A stretch of DNA of 44,441 nt from a virus (lineage: Duplodnaviria; Caudoviricetes): the IMG/VR virus record IMGVR_UViG_3300027976_000071, positions 1 to 44,441 of that record. The stretch is one strand, 5' to 3'. A model generated the notes under the pieces. The model made no database searches. It saw only the letters and a program-made list of their open reading frames with translations, and had not been told where the DNA came from. Of this stretch, positions 34,382 through 43,849 are shown piece by piece. How positions within the stretch are numbered: position 1 is the stretch's first letter; each line of letters begins with the position of its first letter. A program made the translations under genes and the position numbers.

Positions 34382-36901
34382 ATGGCAATATTTTATACGT
34401 CTGTGGAACGATATGGTAATAGTATTCTGTATGTTGGGCGTAATGGCCGAGAACGAATTGTGGAGCGAATCAGGTATAAACCAACACTTTTCGTACCTAC
34501 AAATAAGGACTCCGAATATTCTACTTTAACTGGGTTGGCTGTGGCGCCGATTAAGCCGGGCTCAATGACTGATTGTAAAGAGTTTATCGAAACTCATACA
34601 GCATCAAATTTTTCAATTCACGGCAATACAGATTACGTTTCTCAGTTCATTACTGAGATGTTTCCAGCTGGATGTGAGTTCGACATTAATGCAGTAAATG
34701 TGACGTTTACCGATATTGAGGTACAATCTGACGAGGGGTTTCCAAAACCAGAAGAAGCAAAGTGGCCTGTAACTGCCATTACGCTTGTTAATAATCAAGA
34801 CCGAGTTTTTTATGTTTGGTCAACTGTTGTATATGATATAACCAAAACTATTATTCCAGACCGAAAGGTTGTATATGTGCGCTGTAAAGATGAAGCGGAG
34901 TTACTCAAAAAGTTTCTATTCCATTGGGCTTTAAATCATCCAGATATTATTAGCGGTTGGAATTCCGAATTCTTCGATATTACGTATCTCATTAACCGAT
35001 GTGCTAAGGTGCTCGGTGACGATATGTTAACTCATTTCTCTATTCACGGCATCGCTCCTCGCCGTCGAGAAGATAAGTTTAGTGGAGAATACTACGAAAT
35101 TTCCGGAATGACACAACTCGACTATCTCAAACTGTTTAAAAAGTTTGCGGGTCCGGCCGGGTATGGTAACCAAGAATCATATCGTCTTGATTTTATTGCT
35201 AATGTTGTACTGAAAGAAAAGAAACTCGACTATTCAGAATACTCATCACTAACAGAACTGTATCTTAAGAACCCACAGAAATTTATCGACTATAATATAA
35301 AGGACACATCGCTTGTAGAACGTATGGATGCTAAGGAAAATCTAATTTTGCTTGCTATGACGCTAGCATATAAGGCAAACGTAAATTATAATACTGTGTA
35401 CGGCTCAACGAAGATCTGGGATACGTTCATATATAAGGTTCTTCTTAGTAAAAACATCATTATTAGCCCGGCACCATATCGCGCTGCTGGCGGTAGTATT
35501 GAGGGTGCATTTATTAAAGAACCACACAAGGGAATGCACGACTGGGTCTGTTCGTTTGATTTGAACTCACTATATCCACATTTGATTATGCAATATAATA
35601 TGTCACCAGAAACTATCGTTGATGAGCGTATCCCGGGAGTTTCTGTGAGCAATTTGCTTGCTAAAAAGAAATTTGATATTCCCGCCAATAGGTGTATGAC
35701 TGCCACTGGACAGCTATTTCGTACCGATATTAAGGGCGTATTTCCACAAATTATTGATAAGCTTTATAACGAACGAGCAAATATTAAAGCTGAAATGCTA
35801 GTTATGGAACAGATAGTTGAAGACGGCAAGCAGGCTGATATTGGCGCTATCGAAAACAAAATCAGTAAATACCATAACGAGCAACACGCAATCAAGATAT
35901 TGCTCAATTCGCTTTATGGTTCTATGGCCAACGAACATTTCAGATATTTCGATAACAGAATGGCAGAGGCGATCACAGTCTCTGGCCAAGTATCTATTCA
36001 GTGGGCCGAGGATGTAGTCAACAAATATATGAATAAAATTCTTGATACGGTGGATGTAGATTACGTGCTAGCTATTGATACTGATAGTCTGTATGTTAAA
36101 CTAGGCGAGTTGGTTAAAAAAGTAATGCCCGTTGAAACTGACCAACTTAAAATATGTAGATTTATAGACAAGGTTTCGTCTGAAAGATTTGAGCCGATAA
36201 TTTTGGCTGCATATGAAGAATTAAGAAACTATGTACATGCACCGGAACAAAGGATGTTTATGAAACGGGAACTTATCGCTAATAGAGTTCTTTTTACAGG
36301 AAAGAAGAAATACATCGCGAGTATACTGAACAAAGAAGGTGTTCAATATGCGAAGCCAAAAATCAAAGTTACCGGCATCGAGTCGGTCCGATCTTCAACT
36401 CCTGCATATTGCCGGAAACTCATTGAAGAAACAATCGAACTCATCATGACTCGTGACGAATCCTCAGTTCAGGATTTTATTCGTGGTAGTCGGGCTGCAT
36501 TTCTTGAGCTTGATGTTGAGGATGTTGCTTTTCCTCGGGGCGTTTCTGACATCGGAAAGTATTATGACCGCCATGGCCGTACATACACCAAAGGAGTTCC
36601 TATCCACGTGCGTGCCGCAATCATATATAACAACATGGTTGAGGAGAAAAACCTAAGCAACAAGTATGAAATGATCTATGATGGTAACAAAATCAAGTTC
36701 GCATATATGAAATTGCCGAATCCAACCCGTGAGGACGTAATTGGGTTTCCTACTGTATTCCCGCCAGAGTTCGATCTCAAAAAATTCGTTGATTTCGATA
36801 AACAATTTGATAAGGCGTATATAGCCCCAGTGAAGAATATTCTTGATGCTATTGGATGGGAAACACACAAGAGAAATACAATAGAAGGCTTCTTCTCATA
36901 A
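34382..36901 (+). CDS. gp43: family B DNA polymerase
   Basis: DIEV, GWNSEFFD, SFDLNSLYP, KILLNSLYG, DTDS, KKKY. Confidence 0.98.
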   Translation: MAIFYTSVERYGNSILYVGRNGRERIVERIRYKPTLFVPTNKDSEYSTLTGLAVAPIKPGSMTDCKEFIETHTASNFSIHGNTDYVSQFITEMFPAGCEFDINAVNVTFTDIEVQSDEGFPKPEEAKWPVTAITLVNNQDRVFYVWSTVVYDITKTIIPDRKVVYVRCKDEAELLKKFLFHWALNHPDIISGWNSEFFDITYLINRCAKVLGDDMLTHFSIHGIAPRRREDKFSGEYYEISGMTQLDYLKLFKKFAGPAGYGNQESYRLDFIANVVLKEKKLDYSEYSSLTELYLKNPQKFIDYNIKDTSLVERMDAKENLILLAMTLAYKANVNYNTVYGSTKIWDTFIYKVLLSKNIIISPAPYRAAGGSIEGAFIKEPHKGMHDWVCSFDLNSLYPHLIMQYNMSPETIVDERIPGVSVSNLLAKKKFDIPANRCMTATGQLFRTDIKGVFPQIIDKLYNERANIKAEMLVMEQIVEDGKQADIGAIENKISKYHNEQHAIKILLNSLYGSMANEHFRYFDNRMAEAITVSGQVSIQWAEDVVNKYMNKILDTVDVDYVLAIDTDSLYVKLGELVKKVMPVETDQLKICRFIDKVSSERFEPIILAAYEELRNYVHAPEQRMFMKRELIANRVLFTGKKKYIASILNKEGVQYAKPKIKVTGIESVRSSTPAYCRKLIEETIELIMTRDESSVQDFIRGSRAAFLELDVEDVAFPRGVSDIGKYYDRHGRTYTKGVPIHVRAAIIYNNMVEEKNLSNKYEMIYDGNKIKFAYMKLPNPTREDVIGFPTVFPPEFDLKKFVDFDKQFDKAYIAPVKNILDAIGWETHKRNTIEGFFS

Positions 36902-36907
36902 GTTCTA

Positions 36908-36936
36908 TTGACACCCCCAAACGAATATTATATAAT
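36908..36936 (+). promoter_or_regulatory. sigma70-type promoter of uvsX
   Basis: TTGACA-N17-TATAAT. Confidence 0.8.
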
Positions 36937-36967
36937 TAGTCTCTTATTCAGGGAGTAGCAAATACAA

Positions 36968-38017
36968 ATGTCACTATTAGATAAACTCACAAAAAATTCA
37001 ACTATAAAACTTACGTCTATCATTACTGAGTCTAAAGTATTCGGCAAGAAAGATATGGCGACTACACCAATTCCAATGCTCAATGTAGCATTATCTGCGC
37101 GAATAGATGGTGGGTTATCTCCTGGTCTGTTGATGTTAGCTGGCCCATCGAAACACTTTAAGTCACTATTTGCTCTGCTTATTGCTAGTGCGTATCACCG
37201 CAAACATACAGATTCCGTTATGCTTTTCTATGACTCTGAATTTGGCTCTCCGCAAACATATTTTGATGCGTTTGGTATTGATATGAACCGCGTTGTACAC
37301 ACGCCCATTACTGATATTGAGGAGCTGAAATTTGATATCGCCAACCAGCTCCGCGGACTTGAGCGTAGCGATAAGGTCGTTATTGTGATTGATTCCGTTG
37401 GCAACTTGGCTTCTCGGAAGGAAGTTGAAGACGCACTAAATGAAAAATCAGTAGCCGACATGACACGCGCTAAACAAATGAAATCGCTATTCAGAATCGT
37501 AACTCCTCATCTGACACTTAAAGACATACCGCTCATTGTAGTTAATCATACGTACAAATCTATGGAAATGTATAGTCGTGATATTGTTAGTGGAGGCTCG
37601 GGAATTTATTATTCGTCTAACGATATTTGGGTGATCGGTCGGCAGCAGGACAAAGACACTGAAGGACTACACGGATATAGATTTATAATCAACATCGAGA
37701 AGTCGCGGCACGTTATTGAAAAATCCAAAATTCCAATCACAGTCTCGTTTGCTGGCGGGATTAGCAAGTGGTCGGGAATGCTCGAGGTTGCAGAAGAAGG
37801 CGGGTTCGTTACTAAACCGAAGAAGGGCTGGTACGAAATACACAATCCAGACACCGGAGAAATTCTCGGAGATAAAATGTTTCGCGCGGATGAAATCAAC
37901 AACAACAAAGAATTTTGGGAGATGATGTTCGAGAAAACAGATCTTATTAATTATATAAATCGTAAGTATGCGCTCAACACGGATCGACCAATGATGCAAG
38001 GAGCGGATTATGTCTAA
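36968..38017 (+). CDS. uvsX: RecA-like recombinase UvsX
   Basis: AGPSKHFKS, FYDSEFG, IDSVGNLASRKE, DMTRAK..KSLFR. Confidence 0.97.
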   Translation: MSLLDKLTKNSTIKLTSIITESKVFGKKDMATTPIPMLNVALSARIDGGLSPGLLMLAGPSKHFKSLFALLIASAYHRKHTDSVMLFYDSEFGSPQTYFDAFGIDMNRVVHTPITDIEELKFDIANQLRGLERSDKVVIVIDSVGNLASRKEVEDALNEKSVADMTRAKQMKSLFRIVTPHLTLKDIPLIVVNHTYKSMEMYSRDIVSGGSGIYYSSNDIWVIGRQQDKDTEGLHGYRFIINIEKSRHVIEKSKIPITVSFAGGISKWSGMLEVAEEGGFVTKPKKGWYEIHNPDTGEILGDKMFRADEINNNKEFWEMMFEKTDLINYINRKYALNTDRPMMQGADYV

Positions 38018-38327
38018 CACAAAGTTTATCGTATTGTTTGATGGGTATGAAAAGGATGATGTAGCTAAAATCGAAATCAGCTCGGGTCCATGGGAAGGAT
38101 TGATTTATAATTACAGAACAGTGAAGGTAAAGGAGTTTGATGAGCACGCAACTCTGGCATTTGAATATGATATTGTCTTTCTACCAGAAGGAATTGATCC
38201 AGACGCCTTAACGACTGGGGATAAATACGGGCTGGAAAGAACCCTTGGTGACATTTTGGTTTCATTAATTGAGGAAAGTGCGTCGAATGAGGATAGAACA
38301 AACGATATTGAGCAACCTGGTATTTAA
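38010..38327 (+). CDS. hypothetical protein at the T4 gp40 position
   Basis: 105 aa acidic ORF between uvsX and gp41, overlapping both. Confidence 0.65.
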   Translation: MSNTKFIVLFDGYEKDDVAKIEISSGPWEGLIYNYRTVKVKEFDEHATLAFEYDIVFLPEGIDPDALTTGDKYGLERTLGDILVSLIEESASNEDRTNDIEQPGI

Positions 38328-39705
38328 CGAGGAGTATACGCGCCGCGTTCTGCCGTTTTTGACTCCTGAATATTTCCATGATGCTACTGAAAAACAAGTA
38401 TTTAAAGAAATTGAGCGGTTCATAACCAAGTACAATGGATTGCCCACAAAAGAAACTCTGCTTATTGAACTAACTAATAGCACATCAATACCAGAACAGA
38501 TTTATTCTAAAGCTATAGAGTTTGTTAATAATGACATAACATTTGACAAGAAGAATATAGACTGGTTGATTGAATCCACTGAAGCTTTCTGTAAAGATAA
38601 AGCCGTCTTTAATGCAATAATGGACTCGATTTCTATCATTGACGGAAAAGATACAGCGCAAGACAAGGGCAATATTCCAACAATTTTGACTAACGCGCTT
38701 GGGGTTTCGTTTGATACTCACATTGGCCATGACTTTCTTGAAGATTCTAAAGAGCGGTTCGAGTTTTATCACCGAACTGAAGATAGGATACCGTTTGATA
38801 TCGAGTATCTGAATCTTATCACTAAGGGCGGGTTAGCTAAAAAAACACTCAGCGTTTTACTCGCAGGAACTGGGGTGGGGAAGACACTCGCGATGTGTCA
38901 TATGGCCTCAGCAAATCTGCTTGATGGCAAAAACGTTCTCTACATCACGCTTGAAATGGCCGAAGAACGGATCGCCGAACGAATTGATGCAAACCTATTG
39001 AATATTCCACTCAGTGAGCTTGCAGCTGCTTCTGAAAAACTATATGATGATAAAATTACTCGCCTGAAAAATAAGACAAATGGAAAGCTTATCATCAAGG
39101 AATATCCGACTGCAACTGTTGGATCTAATCACTTTCGACATTTATTGGGTGAGTTGAGTTTAAAAAAGAACTTCAGACCTGATATCGTTTACATTGACTA
39201 TATTAATCTATGCACTTCAGCACGACACAAATATAGTGCTAATGTTAACAGCTATACGTACATCAAGGCCGTGGCTGAAGAACTGCGTGGTCTGGCAGTT
39301 GAGAAAAATCTACCAATTGTTACTGCAACCCAGCTCAATAGAACTGGATTCACGAATTCAGATCCAGGCCTAGAAGATACTTCAGAATCTTTCGCGCTTC
39401 CCGCAACTGTTGACTTAATGATCGCAATCATTTCGTCTGAAGAACTTGAGTCTCTTGGCCAGTTGATGTTCAAGCAGCTAAAGAACCGGTATAACGATCT
39501 GTCATATCATAAACGCTTTGTCGTTGGAGTTGATAGATCCAAAATGCGATTATTTAATACCGAACAGTTGGCGCAGAAAGATATCGTAAGCGATAAACCA
39601 GTTATGGATAATTCTGACTTTGGTAGTCGAGCGAACGAAGATGATTCTATGAATTTCATGACTAAAAAGGCTGGGAAGAAAGATTTCGGCAATCTGTTCG
39701 GTTAA
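38287..39705 (+). CDS. gp41: replicative DnaB-like helicase
   Basis: MRIEQTILSNL, AGTGVGKT, YITLEMAEERIAERIDAN, IDYINL, ATQLNR, KQLKNRY. Confidence 0.97.
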   Translation: MRIEQTILSNLVFNEEYTRRVLPFLTPEYFHDATEKQVFKEIERFITKYNGLPTKETLLIELTNSTSIPEQIYSKAIEFVNNDITFDKKNIDWLIESTEAFCKDKAVFNAIMDSISIIDGKDTAQDKGNIPTILTNALGVSFDTHIGHDFLEDSKERFEFYHRTEDRIPFDIEYLNLITKGGLAKKTLSVLLAGTGVGKTLAMCHMASANLLDGKNVLYITLEMAEERIAERIDANLLNIPLSELAAASEKLYDDKITRLKNKTNGKLIIKEYPTATVGSNHFRHLLGELSLKKNFRPDIVYIDYINLCTSARHKYSANVNSYTYIKAVAEELRGLAVEKNLPIVTATQLNRTGFTNSDPGLEDTSESFALPATVDLMIAIISSEELESLGQLMFKQLKNRYNDLSYHKRFVVGVDRSKMRLFNTEQLAQKDIVSDKPVMDNSDFGSRANEDDSMNFMTKKAGKKDFGNLFG

Positions 39706-39730
39706 TGCAACTTTATTTGGGAGTTCTTAT

Positions 39731-39928
39731 ATGTTTGAAGTGAGACAGTTTGGCGATAAGTTTAAGGTATTCGATAGCTCTACTGGCACGTGTGTAGTCT
39801 TTTCCTCAGACCGGCACGTCGCTAATAAATATGCATCATCAACGCTCAGGTTGTGTGGCTTCGAGGGAGTCATTCCTGCCTTTTTCGTGTCTGGGCTATC
39901 GGTAGACCTTGATAGAAAAAAGATTTAG
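39731..39928 (+). CDS. small hypothetical protein
   Basis: GGGAG RBS; GFEGVIPAFF. Confidence 0.65.
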   Translation: MFEVRQFGDKFKVFDSSTGTCVVFSSDRHVANKYASSTLRLCGFEGVIPAFFVSGLSVDLDRKKI

Positions 39929-39942
39929 TTTTTAAAAAAAGA

Positions 39943-39971
39943 TTGACAAATCGAGCGCTTAGTGTTATATT
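39943..39971 (+). promoter_or_regulatory. sigma70-type early promoter with A-tract UP element
   Basis: tttaaaaaaaga-TTGACA-N17-TATATT. Confidence 0.78.
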
Positions 39972-40000
39972 CATATTAGGATAAACATAGAGGTTACATC

Positions 40001-40342
40001 ATGTACGAATACAGAGTTCTTTATAGTGGTACGAGCCGACTCGAAGCGCTCGCCGCGACCCGTTGGGCTGGGTGTACTGCAGCAACTGTCTACTTCACCG
40101 GAACCAAATGGGAAACCCAGCTGCCCAATTACATCAAGCCCGAATTTCGTCGAGATGGGGTTGATTCCAAGGGGAATCGCGTGGTGCTGTGGGCGCATAT
40201 AAATATGGACGCGCACAAAGAAATTCACTGCTACGAATTGGAAATGGGCAATGACAGTTTCAAATTTAGTGCAGATTGCTATGACGATGCTGTCGTGGCG
40301 TTCGATAGAGAGGTGGCCGAAGATGATTTCGCTCGCGGTTAA
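40001..40342 (+). CDS. hypothetical early protein
   Basis: GAGG RBS directly after a promoter. Confidence 0.7.
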   Translation: MYEYRVLYSGTSRLEALAATRWAGCTAATVYFTGTKWETQLPNYIKPEFRRDGVDSKGNRVVLWAHINMDAHKEIHCYELEMGNDSFKFSADCYDDAVVAFDREVAEDDFARG

Positions 40343-40463
40343 AACCGTAAAATATTTCGTCTTGTTTTTTTGGAATTTGTTTTTGTTTGGCTTGTGTTTT
40401 GCTCTGATGTTTCTTTTCTTTATGCTCATTGCTTGGTTTGTCGGGGCCTTCTTAATCGGGTAG
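40323..40463 (+). CDS. small hydrophobic membrane protein
   Basis: GAGGTGG RBS; MISLAVKTVKYFVLFFWNLFLFGLCFALMFLFFMLIAWFVGAFLIG. Confidence 0.5.
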   Translation: MISLAVKTVKYFVLFFWNLFLFGLCFALMFLFFMLIAWFVGAFLIG

Positions 40464-40467
40464 TAGC

Positions 40468-40905
40468 ATGGAATTATCGGTACTTAACGGCTACAAAAAA
40501 CAGAAAATATTGGTCTTGGGCGCTGCTGGATGGGTGGCGCCCAGGCTTATTCGTGCTTCTCTTCTACGAAATATCAGAGTGGATATCAAATTTAGGCAAC
40601 TGCCACAGGTTCAGGGCTTGACTGAGTGGACGGATAGCCATCGCCGCCCAAGAGAGTTTTTAATTCAACTAGAACGAAAATTACCAGATGATATTTTGCT
40701 TGAAATTTTGTTTCATGAGTTCGTTCATGTAAAGCAATATGCCTATAATGAGCTTCGGGATGTTCAAACGTATGGCTATAGACAAATGTGGAAAAACCAG
40801 GATTGTTCTAACATTGAAGATTATTACCAACAGCCATGGGAGATTGAGGCCTTTACTATGAGTGAGGCTCTCTTAAAGGAGTATTTAGATGAAACGAAAA
40901 CATGA
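40468..40905 (+). CDS. HExxH zincin metallopeptidase-like protein
   Basis: LFHEFVHVKQY...YYQQPWEIEAF. Confidence 0.8.
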   Translation: MELSVLNGYKKQKILVLGAAGWVAPRLIRASLLRNIRVDIKFRQLPQVQGLTEWTDSHRRPREFLIQLERKLPDDILLEILFHEFVHVKQYAYNELRDVQTYGYRQMWKNQDCSNIEDYYQQPWEIEAFTMSEALLKEYLDETKT

Positions 40906-41308
40906 AATAGCATTTATGAAGACCGCATATAATTGGGCAGAATGTAGTACTGCACGCCGCGGCGGTGTTGGTTGTATAGTTGTTAAAAATGGCCGAGTTA
41001 TTTCGACTGGGTATAATGGAACTCGGCCCGGCGCAGATAATAATTGTGAAGATAAAACTCAACTCGGTCTGATAACTCATAACGAAGTCATTCACGCCGA
41101 AGCTAATGCGATTGGAAAACTTTCCCGAAGCAACGAGTCGAGCGAAGGCGCAATAGTTTTTATCACTATGATGCCGTGTCTTGATTGTGCTAAGTTGCTT
41201 TTAGTTTCTGGTATCACGGAAGTTTATTATGCAGAAGATTATCGAGATACCAGCGGGATCGATTATCTTCTTAGTGCCGATATTAAAGTGGAAAACCTTA
41301 GCATATAA
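40889..41308 (+). CDS. cd: dCMP deaminase
   Basis: STGYNG, HAEANAI, PCLDCAK. Confidence 0.92.
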   Translation: MKRKHEIAFMKTAYNWAECSTARRGGVGCIVVKNGRVISTGYNGTRPGADNNCEDKTQLGLITHNEVIHAEANAIGKLSRSNESSEGAIVFITMMPCLDCAKLLLVSGITEVYYAEDYRDTSGIDYLLSADIKVENLSI

Positions 41309-41311
41309 ATA
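41304..41311 (+). promoter_or_regulatory. T4-type late promoter
   Basis: TATAAATA upstream of the 41330 ORF. Confidence 0.8.
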
Positions 41312-41329
41312 TACTAAAGTGAGGTATAT

Positions 41330-41923
41330 ATGCTAATTTCATTCGGAAAATTCATCACAGAAGAAAAGTTCTCTGGTACCGCCTATCATGGGTCGAATTC
41401 GTTTTTTAGTAAATTTGATGCTAAAAAAGCCAGAATTCCAAATGATTTTTATGGCGGTGGAATAGCATACTTCACTACTGATAGAGAAGTCGGTATAAAC
41501 TATGCTAATGGTATGGCAAAAAAAACCGGCGAACCAGTTCTATATGAGGTAATGCTTAGACTCAAAAATATTTTTGATGTTGACCATAAGTTCACGGGAA
41601 AAGATTTAACTAAATTAATTGGTGATGATGTCGATAGTTTCGCTCGTGGTGCTAGTCTTCTTTCATATGGCGTGGATACATTTGCCGTTCTTTCATCACT
41701 GAAGGACGGCAAAAAAGTATTAACAGGAGAACAAGTATTTAAAGGTCTTTCTCGCGGCGGGATAACCACTGCAAAAACGAGAGCTATATTAATTAGAAAC
41801 GGCTATGATGGGTTGCGTTATAATGGCGGTATTAATATGGGACTGAAACGTCATGATGTTTTCTTAGCATATCATCCAGAGTCGATTAAAATCATCGACA
41901 GACATAAGATCAAAACGATATAA
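41330..41923 (+). CDS. ADP-ribosyltransferase-fold (ART-PolyVal-like) protein, probably virion-packaged
   Basis: AYHGS, GGGIAYFT...YA, LYEV, GYDG; N-terminus MLISFGKFITEE. Confidence 0.65.
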   Translation: MLISFGKFITEEKFSGTAYHGSNSFFSKFDAKKARIPNDFYGGGIAYFTTDREVGINYANGMAKKTGEPVLYEVMLRLKNIFDVDHKFTGKDLTKLIGDDVDSFARGASLLSYGVDTFAVLSSLKDGKKVLTGEQVFKGLSRGGITTAKTRAILIRNGYDGLRYNGGINMGLKRHDVFLAYHPESIKIIDRHKIKTI

Positions 41924-41926
41924 ATA
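41919..41926 (+). promoter_or_regulatory. T4-type late promoter
   Basis: TATAAATA upstream of the 41957 ORF. Confidence 0.78.
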
Positions 41927-41956
41927 TTCAATAAACGCAAAGGACCGAGCTATAAC

Positions 41957-42556
41957 ATGACATATATTTCAGCATACGAAAAGATTCGTTCTTTAAATGA
42001 AGTAATTGAACTTGATGATGAAGATTTTGAGATTAGTGATTCTGATCTCGATGTTTTTGTCGATATGCTTGATTTTGATGAGCTCGACGCGGATACAGAA
42101 CTAGACGATATATTCGAAGAATATATTGCCGAACGTAAGCCACTAAACGTTCAGCAACGAATCAAGCTTGGGCGTCGGATGAAACGTCTAGCGCCTCGTC
42201 TGAAGCGCAAGCGTGAAATTGCTAAACGGCGTATGGCTCCGCCAGCTCAGCTTGATAAGCGGTCACGCAAAGCAGCAATTAGACTTCTCCGTAAACGTTT
42301 TGCTGGTAAACAGGGCGAAAAATACGCATCGCTTAGTGCAACTGCTAAAATGTCAGTCGATAAAATAATCCAGAAAAAGATGTCACAGGTTGGTCGAATT
42401 TCAAAGCGTCTTCTACCAAAAATCCGTAAAGCAGAGGCTGAGCGGCTTAAACAATCCCGTGGAACTAAAAATGAAGCAGTTAATCTAGTATTCGAGTCTC
42501 TATTTAATGAACGAACTGATTCAGTAACCAGAAGAAGTTATTGTACACATGACTAA
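41957..42556 (+). CDS. prohead core-like protein (acidic N-terminus, very basic C-terminus; gp68-like architecture)
   Basis: D/E-rich 60 aa ending YIAE, then a K/R-rich helix; late promoter. Confidence 0.65.
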   Translation: MTYISAYEKIRSLNEVIELDDEDFEISDSDLDVFVDMLDFDELDADTELDDIFEEYIAERKPLNVQQRIKLGRRMKRLAPRLKRKREIAKRRMAPPAQLDKRSRKAAIRLLRKRFAGKQGEKYASLSATAKMSVDKIIQKKMSQVGRISKRLLPKIRKAEAERLKQSRGTKNEAVNLVFESLFNERTDSVTRRSYCTHD

Positions 42557-42704
42557 GGGAACGTTCGGTTCTTCGCAGAAAAAAGAAATAGCGGTTGATG
42601 TGCCTGCTGCAAAACCGGGATTTTCAAATACACCAGAGGGCGAATCCAAAGACGCTAAGAAGCATCCACGCGTTTTAACACACAAAGGATGGTTGGCGCA
42701 TTGA
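42549..42704 (+). CDS. small ORF or gene remnant (51 aa, not in ORF track)
   Basis: MTKGTFGSSQKKEIAVDVPAAKPGF...WLAH*; overlaps the previous stop. Confidence 0.3.
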   Translation: MTKGTFGSSQKKEIAVDVPAAKPGFSNTPEGESKDAKKHPRVLTHKGWLAH

Positions 42705-42780
42705 GAAAACTGTACACGAACCAAACTCATCAAGACGTTATAGTTAGTCGTTAAATATCATTTAATAAAAGTTCGGTTAT

Positions 42781-42788
42781 TATAAATA
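42781..42788 (+). promoter_or_regulatory. T4-type late promoter
   Basis: TATAAATA upstream of the 42816 ORF. Confidence 0.82.
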
Positions 42789-42815
42789 ATAAGAAAACAT
42801 ATCTGGAGCCAATCA

Positions 42816-43763
42816 ATGTCTAATTATTTTAGAAATCCAGAGTCAGATCCTCTGTTTAGCGCTATTAGAGCTGTACTTGAGGGCCGTAAAGAAGAACCTA
42901 AGAAAAAGGGAAAGAAAACTCTTTCTGGTGAAAAAGATATCGTTGATACTCAGCCGAAATATACGATGACTAAAGGCGTAGCCGAAGAACTTAGTCTTGA
43001 TGAACTGACTGATGCACAGTCTGTAAAGCGCGATCAACTAATCACGGCTCTAAAAACCAAAGGTGCTCAGTTTAGAGTCAAATATGGCAATCGTGCTAAG
43101 CAAGCGATGGCTGCGATCACAACTAAACGGGCCGTGAAAGAAGGCGTTTCGCTTGATATGAGTTTCACCGAAGAACTAGGTCATTTCAACACATCAGATA
43201 ATAAAGGACAACAAATGTCAACACAAGATGAAATTCGTATTCTAGAGCAGAAATATTCGCGACTTGCAGGAACTACACCGCGTATCCGCGGCCAGCGAGC
43301 TTACATTGCTACTCAGCTTGAAGCTCTTTATGTTCAGAATAAAGAAGAACTTAGTCTTGATGAAGTGTCAAAGAAAACTCTTGGTAGCTATGTTAAGACC
43401 GCATCGACTGCTGCGCAAGACGCCGCCGTGCCCGTCACCGCCCGCGGCGAGCGGCTGCTGCAGCGCCAGCGCTGGCGCGTTGATCAGCGGCACGTCGAGC
43501 GGCTGAAGAAAGAAGAACTGGTAAGCATGATGGACAATATGGACGCTGAAGAACTCGATGAACTGTCAAAGAAAACTCTTGGTAGATATGTTAAAGGCGC
43601 GGCAAGAGACCGCGGAATGGCTGGGATCGAAGCCGGCGCCGAGCGCTACGAGTACGGCGCCGCCCTGAAAAAAATGAAAAAACGTCAGCGTGGCATTGAA
43701 ACCGCCACCGATAAGTTGACACGTGAAGAACTGGATTTCATTAATAATCTTAATAAACTGTAA
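42816..43763 (+). CDS. modular internal head protein
   Basis: Repeated EELSLDE / EELDE junctions and two SKKTLGxYVK cassettes; late promoter. Confidence 0.72.
   Translation: MSNYFRNPESDPLFSAIRAVLEGRKEEPKKKGKKTLSGEKDIVDTQPKYTMTKGVAEELSLDELTDAQSVKRDQLITALKTKGAQFRVKYGNRAKQAMAAITTKRAVKEGVSLDMSFTEELGHFNTSDNKGQQMSTQDEIRILEQKYSRLAGTTPRIRGQRAYIATQLEALYVQNKEELSLDEVSKKTLGSYVKTASTAAQDAAVPVTARGERLLQRQRWRVDQRHVERLKKEELVSMMDNMDAEELDELSKKTLGRYVKGAARDRGMAGIEAGAERYEYGAALKKMKKRQRGIETATDKLTREELDFINNLNKL
43559..43730 (+). repeat. coding cassette shared with 8860-9040
   Basis: ELSKKTLGRYVKGAARDRG...KRQRGIETATDKLTREE; near-identical nucleotide flanks. Confidence 0.9.
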
Positions 43764-43766
43764 GCG

Positions 43767-43774
43767 TATAAATA
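43767..43774 (+). promoter_or_regulatory. T4-type late promoter
   Basis: TATAAATA upstream of the 43850 ORF. Confidence 0.82.
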
Positions 43775-43849
43775 AACCATAATTGAAGTTTTTGTTATGC
43801 CGAGTAAGGGCAATATTGCCAAGAAAAGAGAAAATAAGGAAGAAAATAA

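Noticed and set aside
1620-39705. Inteins, introns or homing endonucleases in gp17, gp43, gp41 or uvsW
   Set aside because: Proteins are of normal length with contiguous motifs; no HNH, GIY-YIG or LAGLIDADG ORF seen
8860-43730. Cassette pair as a diversity-generating retroelement TR/VR
   Set aside because: Differences are not adenine-specific, the cores differ in length, both copies are coding, and no reverse transcriptase is in the window
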